64,000 bases of DNA from an uncultured Rickettsiales bacterium (GTDB taxonomy: Bacteria > Pseudomonadota > Alphaproteobacteria > Rickettsiales > UBA8987), in assembly GCA_964588995.1 (NCBI GenBank), contig CAZPQM010000002.1:155020-219019 (forward strand), read 5' to 3'. Below, in pieces: positions 49,017 through 59,061 of the stretch. Below the pieces are notes generated by a model. The model searched no databases and was not told the origin of the DNA. It saw nothing but the letters and a program-made list of their open reading frames with translations. The first letter of the stretch is position 1. Each line of letters starts with the position of its first letter. The translations under genes were made by a program, and so were the position numbers.

Positions 49017-49053
49017 GCTAAGGTGATTGGTTAATGAGGGGGTGATGGTAGGG

Positions 49054-49132
49054 CGTTATCGCGAACGAAGTGAAAGCGATCTCAGGCCGTGGCGTTACGC
49101 ATTAGATTGCTTCGTATAAGCCCGCAATGACG
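49054..49132. repeat. family-1 palindromic repeat unit
   Basis: CGTTATCGCGAACGAAGTGAAAGCGATCTC...AGATTGCTTCGTATAAGCCCGCAATGACG, between convergent genes. Confidence 0.7.
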
Positions 49133-49140
49133 CAGCTGGC

Positions 49141-51261
49141 CTACTTTTCCGCAGCAATGCGTTCATACGCCTCTTTGTTATCGTCCAGGTAGTTGATCAG
49201 GGCGGCGACGATGCGTCGCTGGTATTTCGTACCAACCTGCTCCAGCATCATATCAAGCGCTTCGTCTTTCGATAGTGGCTCGCGGTAAGCGCGCGGGCTG
49301 ACCATGGCGATAAACGCATTGGCTACACGAATAATGCGTGAGGTAAGGAGAATATCATCACCCTGCAGGCCAAGCGGGCCGCTGCCATCCCAGTTTTCAA
49401 GGCTTTGGGCAAGCGTCTCCGCGAGGGGGCCGTCAAAATCGATACCGTCGATCAGATCGGCGCTTTTGAGGATGGATTCGCTGATTTCCTGCTTCTCTTT
49501 TGCGTTGAGCTTAGTTTTCTTAGTCAACAGCTTTTGCGGCAGATACATTTTACCGAGATTCATCAGCTTGGCGGCCTTCACGGTCGTACGCACTGTTTTT
49601 TCATCTAACTCCATCGCTTCGGCAATAGCACCGGCCAGCTCGGCCACACGGCTGGAATGATGGGAGGCGTAGGGGTCGCGGAGGTCAATCGCCTCCACCA
49701 GCATGTTAATCATATTATTGAGCGCACCCTCACGTTTTTCACGCTCGTCAACGGCGGTGCTGATATCCTGATCGACCACAAGGACGCCCGTGCTATGCTC
49801 TTTCTCAGCGATGATGGAAGGGATTTCGGCAAGTGGAATATATTTCGTCTGGAAGAAATGCTGCAAGCCGTCGCCTTCCTTGCGGCTATTGATACGGATC
49901 AGCTGTTTGCCTTTGCCTTTAAGCTGTTTATTTATGCTCTTATAGGGCTCGGCCTTGCTTGGGCCCATCACATTATCAATCGGCTTGGCAATAATATCTT
50001 CAGGCTCGACCGGCATGTAGCGGCACGTTGCTTTGTTGGCAAAGCGGAGGATATTGTCCTCATCGAGGATGAACATCGAATCCGGCTGGTTTTGCGAGAT
50101 AAGCTCCAGCAGCATGCCCTGACTTTCATGTTGCTTGGCGAGTTTGCGGTAGCGTTCGGCCTCGCGGGCGATACGCAGGGAAATACCGTGTTTCCAGAAT
50201 ACAAGGATGGTCAGGAGGATAGCGGTTGTCAGCAGAATCGCGATAACAATCAGGCTGTTGCGGCGTTCTATGCTTTCGGCCATCGCCTCTTTCCAGCTGA
50301 TGGTATGGATAAGATACCACGGCGTTTGCGAGATCAGGCGACCGGTAATGAGGACCCTCCCTCCCTGATAATTGCGGGCATCATAGCCAAAGGCGTTTGG
50401 GTTTTCGGCAACAAAACGCGCGTCAAGCTGCTGATTATCCAGAGTAAGTTTGCGGAATAACGGCTTGGTACCATCCTGCAGTGGTGACAAGTAGTGCGCG
50501 ACATTATTCTGAACCGAGACCAGATAGGTCTCTTCCGTGTGAGTCGGTGTTTCGGGATATTCCAGCAGCGGGTAGAGGCTATTGCTCAGCGTGCGTATGC
50601 CGATGATGCCGCCAATCACATTTTCCGGGAGTGGGTCGGTCTGTATGCCATAAACGGGTACGTAAAACGCGATGCTAGGCTGCCCGTTTACCCCTTCATA
50701 AATCTGAGAAATATGGTAATTCTGATCTCTATGTGCCTTTTGCAGAAACTCCCGATGCATACCGGTAAGCGGTGGCATGTTTTCGCTTGCGAGCAGCACG
50801 CTATGTTCGGTATCGACGACGGCGATGCCGCTTGCGCCTGAAGCCGGGATATTCGCGCGGATATTCCCCGGTCGGGGGTCTGCGGCGAAGCCCGTGCGCT
50901 GCGCGGTGGCGTTAATATAATTACGGAGATAAGTATATTCGGCCTGTGCGTCCTGTACCGTGTTATCGTCCTCCTCCGCCAGAATGATCTCGCTCATATA
51001 GAGCTGCAGACTCATATTCTCTGACATATTACGTAGCTCGGTCAATTGTTCGCTCAGCCAGTCCGACACGTTATCCGCGCGGATATTGGCGGTTGTTCCA
51101 AGGCGCAATTCCCAGTTATGCAGGTCGCGTTGAAATTCTTTATCCGCATACACGAATGCGGCATAAATCAGGCCAAACGCTGCCAGCAATAGCAGGATCA
51201 CGGTATAAACCAATTTGCTGGCGTGTTCTTTTGGTTGCGTTTCGGCAGCTTGTTCGCTCAT
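49141..51261 (-). CDS. membrane sensor: TM - Cache-like periplasmic domain - TM - PAS - degenerate HD-GYP domain
   Basis: The start is taken at MSEQAAETQ. TM helices flank a segment of about 315 aa. The C-terminus aligns to the HD-GYP pattern but reads HHSSRVA / AAKLMNLGK / SLENWDGSGPLGL / RVANAFIAM. Confidence 0.75.
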   Translation of the reverse strand: MSEQAAETQPKEHASKLVYTVILLLLAAFGLIYAAFVYADKEFQRDLHNWELRLGTTANIRADNVSDWLSEQLTELRNMSENMSLQLYMSEIILAEEDDNTVQDAQAEYTYLRNYINATAQRTGFAADPRPGNIRANIPASGASGIAVVDTEHSVLLASENMPPLTGMHREFLQKAHRDQNYHISQIYEGVNGQPSIAFYVPVYGIQTDPLPENVIGGIIGIRTLSNSLYPLLEYPETPTHTEETYLVSVQNNVAHYLSPLQDGTKPLFRKLTLDNQQLDARFVAENPNAFGYDARNYQGGRVLITGRLISQTPWYLIHTISWKEAMAESIERRNSLIVIAILLTTAILLTILVFWKHGISLRIAREAERYRKLAKQHESQGMLLELISQNQPDSMFILDEDNILRFANKATCRYMPVEPEDIIAKPIDNVMGPSKAEPYKSINKQLKGKGKQLIRINSRKEGDGLQHFFQTKYIPLAEIPSIIAEKEHSTGVLVVDQDISTAVDEREKREGALNNMINMLVEAIDLRDPYASHHSSRVAELAGAIAEAMELDEKTVRTTVKAAKLMNLGKMYLPQKLLTKKTKLNAKEKQEISESILKSADLIDGIDFDGPLAETLAQSLENWDGSGPLGLQGDDILLTSRIIRVANAFIAMVSPRAYREPLSKDEALDMMLEQVGTKYQRRIVAALINYLDDNKEAYERIAAEK

Positions 51262-51325
51262 GGATATCCCTTTTTGCAGGTTATACGCTTGGCGGAAAAG
51301 ATAATTGCGATTAGAATTCCGTGCA

Positions 51326-51949
51326 ATGAATTTGTTACATCTTACCATCGCTACAGTCTTATTATTCAGCATGCTGGCGCCGGATGCTGCGCTCGCGACG
51401 CCGCGGCTGTTTGATACGCTGGAGCGGCGTTCACAGCGCCTCAGCCCGTTCCCAAAATGGCTGGATATGCTGGAGCGTTATGAAGAGGAGGTAACGGCGA
51501 GCATGCCGTGCCAGCGGAGTAAAGAGTGCCGCCTGCGGAAATGGAACCAGTTCTTAATCACGCTCAAGGATAAAGATTTTCTTACGCAGATTACGCAGGT
51601 GAATGCGTTTCTGAATGCGGAGCCCTATATTACCGATCCGGTGAATTGGGGGTTGCCGGATTACTGGGCGACACCGTATGAATTTCACATTAAGGACGGT
51701 GACTGCGAGGACTATTCGATTGCGAAATATATGTCGCTGAAAAAGCTTGGTGTACCCGAAGATGATATGCGCATTGTCGTGCTAAAGGATGAAAACCTGC
51801 GTATTCACCATGCCGTGCTGGCCGTTTACCGTGGGGATGATATTTTTATCTTAGACAATCAGATTAAAGAAGTGATAAAACATACTGAAATTGCTCATTA
51901 TAATCCGATTTACTCTATTAACGAGAGCTACTGGTGGCGGCATCGGTGA
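51326..51949 (+). CDS. periplasmic transglutaminase-like cysteine protease (BTLCP / LapG family)
   Basis: Signal peptide MNLLHLTIATVLLFSMLAPDAALA. Motifs GDCEDYSIAKY (Cys), HHAVLAV (His) and ILDN (Asp). Confidence 0.8.
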   Translation: MNLLHLTIATVLLFSMLAPDAALATPRLFDTLERRSQRLSPFPKWLDMLERYEEEVTASMPCQRSKECRLRKWNQFLITLKDKDFLTQITQVNAFLNAEPYITDPVNWGLPDYWATPYEFHIKDGDCEDYSIAKYMSLKKLGVPEDDMRIVVLKDENLRIHHAVLAVYRGDDIFILDNQIKEVIKHTEIAHYNPIYSINESYWWRHR

Positions 51950-52015
51950 TTTGGGAGGAGAGAGAGGAACCGTGCCTGCTTTACCCAGAACTGACCTGGC
52001 TATGAGAGCCTTCTC

Positions 52016-52103
52016 CGTCATCCCCGACTTGTTCGGGGATCCAGAGCCACATGCAGTGTCTGTAACGTTTCGCCTGAGATCCCGGAATAAATCCGGGATG
52101 ACG
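52016..52103. repeat. family-1 palindromic repeat unit
   Basis: CGTCATCCCCGACTTGTTCGGGGATCC...GATCCCGGAATAAATCCGGGATGACG. Confidence 0.75.
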
Positions 52104-52114
52104 AAGGGGAAAAA

Positions 52115-52166
52115 GGAAAAATGATGACCATCATTTTCATGTCTTTGGATAGCACGGATTCACTAC
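52115..52166. repeat. AAAATGATGACYATCATTTT-containing repeat (second copy of 31881-31934)
   Basis: GGAAAAATGATGACCATCATTTTCATGTCTTTGGATAGCACGGATTCAC compared with AGAAAATGATGACTATCATTTTCTTATTTCTGGATACCGTGGATTCGC. Confidence 0.65.
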
Positions 52167-52209
52167 ATTACTATTATTACGCGGCTCACCGTTGGTATGA
52201 CAGATAAGA

Positions 52210-52626
52210 TTATACATCCCGCTTGAGGTGATAGCCGCGTGTCATGAAGCCTTCCCGTTTGAACAATGCCTGCGCCGGTGCGTTTTCGATATAGGTATCG
52301 GCGAGCATGCAGTCGCAATTGAGCCGTTTGGCTTCGGCCTTCATCCAATCGAGCATTTCCAGCGCGGCGCCTTGCTTGCGACAGGCTTTATCGACGACAA
52401 GATTATCGATATGCAGGTATTTACCGCAATATAAGCGACGTCCAACCCGAAATCCGGAAATCCCAATAATGCGGCCTTCATCCTCAAGCATAATCAGGCG
52501 ATAGCCCTGCTCCATCATTTCACGGATATAGGCAGTATATTGCCCGATGGGTATCTCATAAAGTTGATAGGCAATCGGATAGGTTGCTTCGATCGCGTCT
52601 TGTGTCGTGGCTTCGCTGATCTGCAT
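52210..52626 (-). CDS. GNAT family N-acetyltransferase
   Basis: VVDKACRKQGAALEMLDW (acetyl-CoA motif A-like), 138 aa. Confidence 0.8.
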   Translation of the reverse strand: MQISEATTQDAIEATYPIAYQLYEIPIGQYTAYIREMMEQGYRLIMLEDEGRIIGISGFRVGRRLYCGKYLHIDNLVVDKACRKQGAALEMLDWMKAEAKRLNCDCMLADTYIENAPAQALFKREGFMTRGYHLKRDV

Positions 52627-53147
52627 TAATTCGGTGCGAGGACCATAAGCAGCTGCCGCCCTTCAATTTTGGACTCCTGCTCGATTTTTGCGATGTCCTT
52701 CATATCTTCGTAAAAACGTCTGAATAATTCCTTCGCCAGATCATCGTGAGTAATCTCACGCCCGCGGAAACGCAGGCTGACCTTTACTTTATCCCGGTTC
52801 TCAATAAATTTACGCGCGGCCTTCAACTTCACCTGATAATCATGTTCGGCGATATTAACGCGGAGTTTGATTTCCTTCACCTGCGTGGTTTTTTGTTTCT
52901 TCTTCGCTTCCTTTTTCTTTTTCTGTGCTTCGAAGCGGAACTTGCCGTAATCCATAATTTTACAGACAGGAGGGTCGGCTTGCGGTGAAATTTCCACGAG
53001 ATCCAGCTTTGCTTCACGTGCACGATCAAGCGCGACATCAAGCGCGGTAACGCCGATCTGCTCTCCGTCTTGAGCCACCAGGCGAACCGGATCAGTTGTT
53101 ATCTGTTCGTTTACGTTATATTTTGGGGTTTTAGGTGCTTTCAACAA
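52626..53147 (-). CDS. infC: translation initiation factor IF-3
   Basis: VRLVAQDGEQIGV..., LDLVEISPQADPPVCKIMDYGKF. TTG start immediately after an in-frame TGA, with no ATG option. Confidence 0.92.
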   Translation of the reverse strand: MLKAPKTPKYNVNEQITTDPVRLVAQDGEQIGVTALDVALDRAREAKLDLVEISPQADPPVCKIMDYGKFRFEAQKKKKEAKKKQKTTQVKEIKLRVNIAEHDYQVKLKAARKFIENRDKVKVSLRFRGREITHDDLAKELFRRFYEDMKDIAKIEQESKIEGRQLLMVLAPN

Positions 53148-53182
53148 TCAATCCTTGGTTTTATTCCATGCGCGGCATAAGC

Positions 53183-55153
53183 TTATGCGGGTATACGCGC
53201 TTCCTGTTCCAGTGTAGTGACAAATTCTTCTAAATCAATGACTTCCTGCCCCTGCTGACCTAAACGGCGTACCGAAACAGTGCGATCCTGTTGCTCACGC
53301 GCACCTACTGCCAGTATAAGCGGAACTTTCGCATTGGAATGCTCACGTACTTTATAGTTAATTTTTTCGTTACGTAAGTCAATATCTACACGTAAGCCTT
53401 TACTGATCAGTGTTTGCTGCACTGCTTTCGCATAATCGTCAAATTCGTTCACAATCGGCGCAACGACCGCATGGGTAGGCGCAAGCCATAGGGGAAATTT
53501 TCCAGTGTAATGCTCAATGAGAATACCGAGGAATCTCTCAAATGAGCCCAAAATAGCGCGGTGCAGTAAGACAGGGTGATGTTTTGCGCCATCCTGACCG
53601 ATATAATTTGCATCTAACCGTTCAGGCATCACGAAGTCGAGCTGTAAGGTGCCGCACTGCCAATCCCGACCGATAGCATCACGCAGATGAAACTCCAGCT
53701 TTGGCCCATAAAATGCACCTTCGCCCGGTGCGGTACGATATTCAAGCCCAGCTTCATGTACTGCTTTCGAAAGCGCGTCCTCAGCCTTATCCCATACCCC
53801 ATCATCGCCTGCACGGGTTTCGGGTCGTGTGGCAAATTTAACGGCAATATCAGTAAAGCCAAGCTGCTCGTATACTTCTTGCACCAGATTACAGAATGAT
53901 ACGGTCTCGGAGCCAATCTGTTCTTCGGTGCAAAATATATGACCGTCATCCTGCAACATCGCGCGTACGCGCATGAGTCCGTGCAGTGCGCCAGATGGCT
54001 CGTTACGGTGGCAATGGCCAAACTCCGCCATGCGAACCGGTAAGTCTTTATAGCTGGTAATACCTTGATTGAAAATCTGTACCGCGCCCGGGCAACTCAT
54101 TGGCTTGATAGCCAAGGTGCGATCTTCGTCTGAGTCGGTGGTAAACATATTCTCGCGGAATTTGTCCCAATGGCCTGATTTCTCCCACAGCGTACGATCC
54201 ACGAGTAAGGGTGTCTGCACTTCTTGATAGCCATTTAGTTTGATTTTGCGGCGGATATATTCCTGAAGCGTGCGATAAAGCGTTAATCCACGGTCGTGCC
54301 AGAAAACCTGCCCAACCGCTTCTTCCTGCATATGAAAAAGGTTCATCTCGCGTCCAAGTTTGCGGTGATCGCGCTTTTCGGCTTCTTCAATCTGATGCAG
54401 ATAGGCTTTAAGCGCTTTTTTATCCGGCCACGACGTTCCGTAAATGCGTTGCAGCATTTCATTTTTGGAATCGCCCTTCCAGTAGGCGCCGGCAAGCTTG
54501 GTCAGCTTGAAGGCCTCGCTGACTTTGCCGGTAGACGCTACATGCGGACCCCGGCAGAGATCCATGAACGCATCGTCTCCTTCTCCCTGACGGTAGAGTG
54601 AGATTTTGCCTTTTTCTGTGGTATCATCTTCCGGCGCATTGCGGATAATATCGGCTTTATAGTGTTCGCCGCGCTTTTCAAAAAAGGCGATGGCTTCATC
54701 GCGATCCCACATTTCGCGGCGGACGGGTAAATCTTCCCGGATGATTTCCTGCATGCGCTTTTCAATGCGTTCAAAATCATCGGTGGAAATGGCATTATCG
54801 GCGGCTACATCGTAGTAAAACCCGTGTTCGATAGTGGGGCCGATTGCCAGTTTCGATTTGGGAAACAATTCTTTGACTGCACGAGCCAGCACCTGTGCCG
54901 TGGTCGTGTGGCGCATAATTTCAAGGCCTTCTTCATCCTTGAGCGTCAAAATCGCGACTTCGGCATCTTCTTCGATGGGAAGGTAAATATCACGCTGTTC
55001 ACCGTTTACTTTGACAGCTACAGCCGCTTTTGCGAGGCCGGGCCCGATATCGGCGGCAATATCCGCTCCGCTTACCGGGTGATCGTAGCTGCGGGTAGAA
55101 CCATCAGGAAGGGTGATGTTGATCGGATGTGACTGCGCTTGAGGGCTCGGCAT
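53183..55153 (-). CDS. thrS: threonine--tRNA ligase
   Basis: 656 aa with TGS (ITLPDGS), editing domain, class II core ([20 protein letters not shown]) and anticodon-binding domain. Confidence 0.95.
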   Translation of the reverse strand: MPSPQAQSHPINITLPDGSTRSYDHPVSGADIAADIGPGLAKAAVAVKVNGEQRDIYLPIEEDAEVAILTLKDEEGLEIMRHTTTAQVLARAVKELFPKSKLAIGPTIEHGFYYDVAADNAISTDDFERIEKRMQEIIREDLPVRREMWDRDEAIAFFEKRGEHYKADIIRNAPEDDTTEKGKISLYRQGEGDDAFMDLCRGPHVASTGKVSEAFKLTKLAGAYWKGDSKNEMLQRIYGTSWPDKKALKAYLHQIEEAEKRDHRKLGREMNLFHMQEEAVGQVFWHDRGLTLYRTLQEYIRRKIKLNGYQEVQTPLLVDRTLWEKSGHWDKFRENMFTTDSDEDRTLAIKPMSCPGAVQIFNQGITSYKDLPVRMAEFGHCHRNEPSGALHGLMRVRAMLQDDGHIFCTEEQIGSETVSFCNLVQEVYEQLGFTDIAVKFATRPETRAGDDGVWDKAEDALSKAVHEAGLEYRTAPGEGAFYGPKLEFHLRDAIGRDWQCGTLQLDFVMPERLDANYIGQDGAKHHPVLLHRAILGSFERFLGILIEHYTGKFPLWLAPTHAVVAPIVNEFDDYAKAVQQTLISKGLRVDIDLRNEKINYKVREHSNAKVPLILAVGAREQQDRTVSVRRLGQQGQEVIDLEEFVTTLEQEARIPA

Positions 55154-56234
55154 TGGAATGGTCTGTTACGTCCTGATTTGGTTGCGAATCTGCTTGTTTA
55201 GCGTTTTTTTGCGGCGAGTCAAGGGGAATCAATTGTTGCAGCGCTTCAGTCACCTGATAGATTTCCAGCCGGTTGAGGTCATACTCTTCCAGAATGAGTA
55301 AATTTTTTACCTGCGGTGCCTCAATATCCGTGCGGCCATTACTGGCAGCCAGCATCAATGTCGGGCAACGGCTCATTGCCGCCATGTGCAGCGGGCCGGA
55401 ATCGTTACCGACTGCCAGCATAGCTGCGCGCGCAATCGGAGGAATCTGCGTCAGATCGGTTTTGCCGATCAGGTTGAGCGGTTCACATTCATGGCAACCA
55501 CTCAGAATGGTTTCTACGGTAGGTCGGTCTCGCTCCGTCCCGATAAAAACTGGCGTGATGCCATGTTTTGTCCATAACCAGTTGGCAAGATCGGCAAAGC
55601 CATAGGCGTGCCAGCGGTTTGCAGAGTTATGCATACTACCCCCGGCAACCAGCAATGCAAACGGGCGCGGAATAGGTGTTTGCGACACATCTCCATTGAT
55701 CCAGTTTATGTCCGGTTGAGGGGTACGGACAATATCAGTCACGGCCAGTTGCTCAGCGAAGCGATCGGCAATATGCAGGTTCCACTGTTCCGGGTCGGTG
55801 TAGGGATGGCTGCACCAGTGGATCGTGCCACTCCATTTCGGTTTTTTGCGGCCTACGAGCTTAAAATACAGATTGGTGCGTGGGTTGCACATCAGGTCGT
55901 ACACCATCTCGATATTCAGATGCTTGTATTGCTTATAAAGCTGAATCCACTCTTTATAGTGATACCACTCAGGCAAAGGGTCCACCCATACCTTATTCAC
56001 GTAAGGGCAGATCAGCGCGAGTTGTTTGAATGGCTGTGAGGTAAGTAAGATGATTTCCTGATCCCGATGCTGGCGGCGAATCGCGGCCAACGCTCCCTGC
56101 GCCTGCAGGAACAATCTCAGCGGGCCATGCAGGATCACCAGCACCCGCGGATTTTTGGGGTTGGGTTTGGTGTTTACCTGCAGGTTTTTGATGTATTGCG
56201 GTTTTTCCCGTTGCGGTTGATCTGGCTGATTCAT
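55104..56234 (-). CDS. glycosyltransferase family 9 (heptosyltransferase-like)
   Basis: VLVILHGPL..., [19 protein letters not shown]. The 3' end overlaps the thrS start by 50 nt. Confidence 0.75.
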   Translation of the reverse strand: MNQPDQPQREKPQYIKNLQVNTKPNPKNPRVLVILHGPLRLFLQAQGALAAIRRQHRDQEIILLTSQPFKQLALICPYVNKVWVDPLPEWYHYKEWIQLYKQYKHLNIEMVYDLMCNPRTNLYFKLVGRKKPKWSGTIHWCSHPYTDPEQWNLHIADRFAEQLAVTDIVRTPQPDINWINGDVSQTPIPRPFALLVAGGSMHNSANRWHAYGFADLANWLWTKHGITPVFIGTERDRPTVETILSGCHECEPLNLIGKTDLTQIPPIARAAMLAVGNDSGPLHMAAMSRCPTLMLAASNGRTDIEAPQVKNLLILEEYDLNRLEIYQVTEALQQLIPLDSPQKNAKQADSQPNQDVTDHSNAEPSSAVTSDQHHPS

Positions 56235-56277
56235 GGTGCTTTATTGTGCTGTTTTGAAACCTATCCGAGTCGTGTAT

Positions 56278-57066
56278 TTACTTATCTCGTATTTTTATTC
56301 TAGCAGATTCGCGGATTTTTGCCATCCGTAACATGCGCCCGAAAGCATAAAGGCGGCTTGCGGTGATGCCATCAATGCCATAAAAACACCATCCGCGCAA
56401 TATATACGCTTTCCAGAAGGCGAGCGTTGGCTCCAGCAGTAGCCGTAAGCGGGAGGGTTTTCTGCCGCGTTTGAGGTAGTCTTCCGCCTGCATGCTGGAA
56501 TAAGAATTGATTTTGCCCGCCCAATGTTCCAGCGAGCGGAATGAACGGTGGTAGAGCAGCCCTTTGAGTGTGCCGACCTTACCGTCTTCCACCAGAACAG
56601 AGTCGTGCACAATACTGTCTTTGAATCTTGCCTTATCCTTTCGGTAAAGCCGGATGACTTTACCGGATGGCGCGAAAAATGGCGGTTTGTTTTCGTGCTG
56701 AAACAGGGTCTTATGCTTTACGCGATAGGCAACCGGCTCATTGGCATCATTTTGCTTACCGTCGGCAAATACACGTTGAATGCTTGCTTTGAGCTCCGGG
56801 CTAACTTCTTCATCGGCATCGATATTGAGAAGCCAGTTATGCTTGCATTGTGCTTCTGCAAAGCGTTTTTGCGGGCCATATCCCGGCCACTCGTTAAAAA
56901 TGACGCGCGCCCCGAGATTGTTCGCTACCGTAACGGTTTCGTCTTCACTGCCGCTATCGACAACGATTACCTCCTCTGCCCAGTCGCGCGTACTGAGGAT
57001 CGGCTTATCGATACGGTCCGCCTCGTTTTTAGCGATAATAAAGACGGAGAGGGGGAGTTTGGTCAT
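56278..57066 (-). CDS. glycosyltransferase family 2
   Basis: LSVFIIAKNEADRI..VVDSGSEDETV..NIDADEE. Confidence 0.85.
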   Translation of the reverse strand: MTKLPLSVFIIAKNEADRIDKPILSTRDWAEEVIVVDSGSEDETVTVANNLGARVIFNEWPGYGPQKRFAEAQCKHNWLLNIDADEEVSPELKASIQRVFADGKQNDANEPVAYRVKHKTLFQHENKPPFFAPSGKVIRLYRKDKARFKDSIVHDSVLVEDGKVGTLKGLLYHRSFRSLEHWAGKINSYSSMQAEDYLKRGRKPSRLRLLLEPTLAFWKAYILRGWCFYGIDGITASRLYAFGRMLRMAKIRESARIKIRDK

Positions 57067-58214
57067 GACAGAGGCTCCAGTTCCATCACTTCACGGTACA
57101 CATCAAGGGTTTTAGTGCACATCGTTTCCAGCGAAAAATACGTTTCCACATGCGTGCGGGCGGCCTGAGCAATCGCCTCTTTGCGCGATGCATCGAGCTG
57201 GAGAAGCTGACGCAGCGTCTCGGCTAACGATCCGGGGTCGTCATGCGCAAACAAAAACCCGGTTTCGCGGTTGAGGATTGACTCACGGAAGCCGCCTAAG
57301 TCACTCGCGACGCAGAGCCTGCCCATAGCAGCGGCTTCAATGGGGATGCGCCCGAAGGCTTCCGGCTCCTGTGAAGGAGCAACAACAATGTCACTCCGTG
57401 CGAACGCTGCCGGCATATCGCTCAGGCTATCTATTAACCGAATGTAGCGCTCATCCAGATAGGTGCGGATGTAGCGTTTCAGCTCGCGTACATAATCCTC
57501 ATGGCCGGAAAATTTACCGGCGAGTACGGCATAGTAGGGCAGGTCAAGCTGACGTAAAGCCTCTAAAAACAGGAATTGACCTTTCCACCTCGTAAAACGC
57601 GCCGGGAGAAACAGCACAGGTAGTGTTTGCTCCTTTCCGAAATACGGGTTGAGCGCCTCCAGCCTATGAGAAGACATTGCATCAGGGCTAAACTGTGATA
57701 GGTCGACACCCCGGTGTATCAGTCTGACCTTGCTTAAATCAATATAGTAAATATTTTTAATATGCGACTGGATATGCTTAGAAATTGCGATGACAATTTG
57801 TCCTTTTGTCATGATGTTGTTATAGCGGCGCTTGATAAAATGCTGATGCCCGTAGGTGCCGTGAAAGGTCGTGACGAAGCGGCATTTGCTTCGCTTTGCC
57901 GCCAGATAGGCGGACCATGCCGGGGCGCGTGAGCGTGCGTGGATGAGGTCAATATTCCGCTCCGTTACCAGCCGTGCGAGCCTTTTCGCATTGGCGCGCA
58001 TTTGCAGCGGATGTTTGCTGCCCAGCGGCAAGGTAATATGCTCAATCGCGTGTTGTTTTAGCACTTCAACCAGCTTTCCGCCTGCCGAAGCGACCAAGGG
58101 CCGCATTCCGGCCTGCTTTTGTGCGATAGCGATCTCAAGCGTACCGCGTTCGACGCCGCCGGAAATCAGTTGCGGCAGAACCTGTAAAACCGTTATGGTG
58201 CGTTGCGTTGTCAT
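57063..58214 (-). CDS. glycosyltransferase family 4 (GT-B, RfaG-like)
   Basis: ITVLQVLPQLISGGVERG..., PSQEPEAFGRIPIEAAAMG (EX7E). Confidence 0.85.
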   Translation of the reverse strand: MTTQRTITVLQVLPQLISGGVERGTLEIAIAQKQAGMRPLVASAGGKLVEVLKQHAIEHITLPLGSKHPLQMRANAKRLARLVTERNIDLIHARSRAPAWSAYLAAKRSKCRFVTTFHGTYGHQHFIKRRYNNIMTKGQIVIAISKHIQSHIKNIYYIDLSKVRLIHRGVDLSQFSPDAMSSHRLEALNPYFGKEQTLPVLFLPARFTRWKGQFLFLEALRQLDLPYYAVLAGKFSGHEDYVRELKRYIRTYLDERYIRLIDSLSDMPAAFARSDIVVAPSQEPEAFGRIPIEAAAMGRLCVASDLGGFRESILNRETGFLFAHDDPGSLAETLRQLLQLDASRKEAIAQAARTHVETYFSLETMCTKTLDVYREVMELEPLS

Positions 58215-58237
58215 ATTGGGATACAGGAGCTAGCACT

Positions 58238-59029
58238 ATGGCGAAGAAACCGCAAGAAATCAAACGGGATGATGGTCATTTTATCGCCTACCACCAGCAT
58301 ACACCGAAACAACCCGCGACGGAGTTCGGTATCGTATTTTGTGGCGGGTATATGTCAGATATGCAGGGGTCGAAAGCGGTTTTCTTAGAGGAACTCTGCA
58401 AAGAGCAGGCCATCCCCTACACGCGTTTTGATTATTTCGGGCATGGCGAATCGTCCGGAGAATTTACCGAAGGTACTATCGGGCGCTGGAAAGACGACGT
58501 GCTGTTTGTGCTGGAGCATCTCTGTAACGCGCCGCAAGTGCTGATCGGTTCCAGCCTGGGGGGGTGGCTGGTGTTGCTCGCGGCGCTGCAAAAGCCAGAG
58601 AAGGTAAAAGCTGTTGTTGGTATCGCAGCAGCACCGGATTTCACGGAAGACTTGATGTGGAGCGCCTTTGATGAAGAGCAGAAGCGCATCTTACGGGAAG
58701 AGGGCGTCTATCATCTGCCGAGCGATTATTGTAATGACCCGTTGGCAGAGCCTGAGCCTTACCCCATCACCCTGCAGCTGATCGAGGAAGGGCGCAACCA
58801 TTTGCTGTTGGCTGATAATAAGCCGATTGCGCTTCACTGCCCGCTGCTGCTCGTTCAGGGGATGCAGGATGCGGACGTGCCCTATGAAACGGCGCTCCGC
58901 ATCGCCCGTGCCGTTTCGCATGAGCACGTGGATATCGTACTGCAAAAAGAGGGGGATCATCGAATGTCATCTGCATCATCTCTTGGCTTGTTAGAGTCAA
59001 ACCTGCTGCATCTGGTAAAAACGCTTTGA
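58238..59029 (+). CDS. alpha/beta hydrolase
   Basis: GSSLGG nucleophile elbow, late D and H (GDHRM). The ATG at 58238 follows AGGAG (58225-58229). Confidence 0.8.
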   Translation: MAKKPQEIKRDDGHFIAYHQHTPKQPATEFGIVFCGGYMSDMQGSKAVFLEELCKEQAIPYTRFDYFGHGESSGEFTEGTIGRWKDDVLFVLEHLCNAPQVLIGSSLGGWLVLLAALQKPEKVKAVVGIAAAPDFTEDLMWSAFDEEQKRILREEGVYHLPSDYCNDPLAEPEPYPITLQLIEEGRNHLLLADNKPIALHCPLLLVQGMQDADVPYETALRIARAVSHEHVDIVLQKEGDHRMSSASSLGLLESNLLHLVKTL

Positions 59030-59061
59030 TTGCCTGTTGAACTGCTTTATACTTAGCTTAT

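Noticed and set aside
55104-55153. 50-nt same-strand overlap between the GT9 gene 3' end and the thrS start; also the 32-nt convergent bamE/pqiA overlap at 47046-47077
   Set aside because: Both are plausible genuine overlaps involving low-complexity tails. There is no slippery sequence or other evidence for recoding, so they are not treated as findings.
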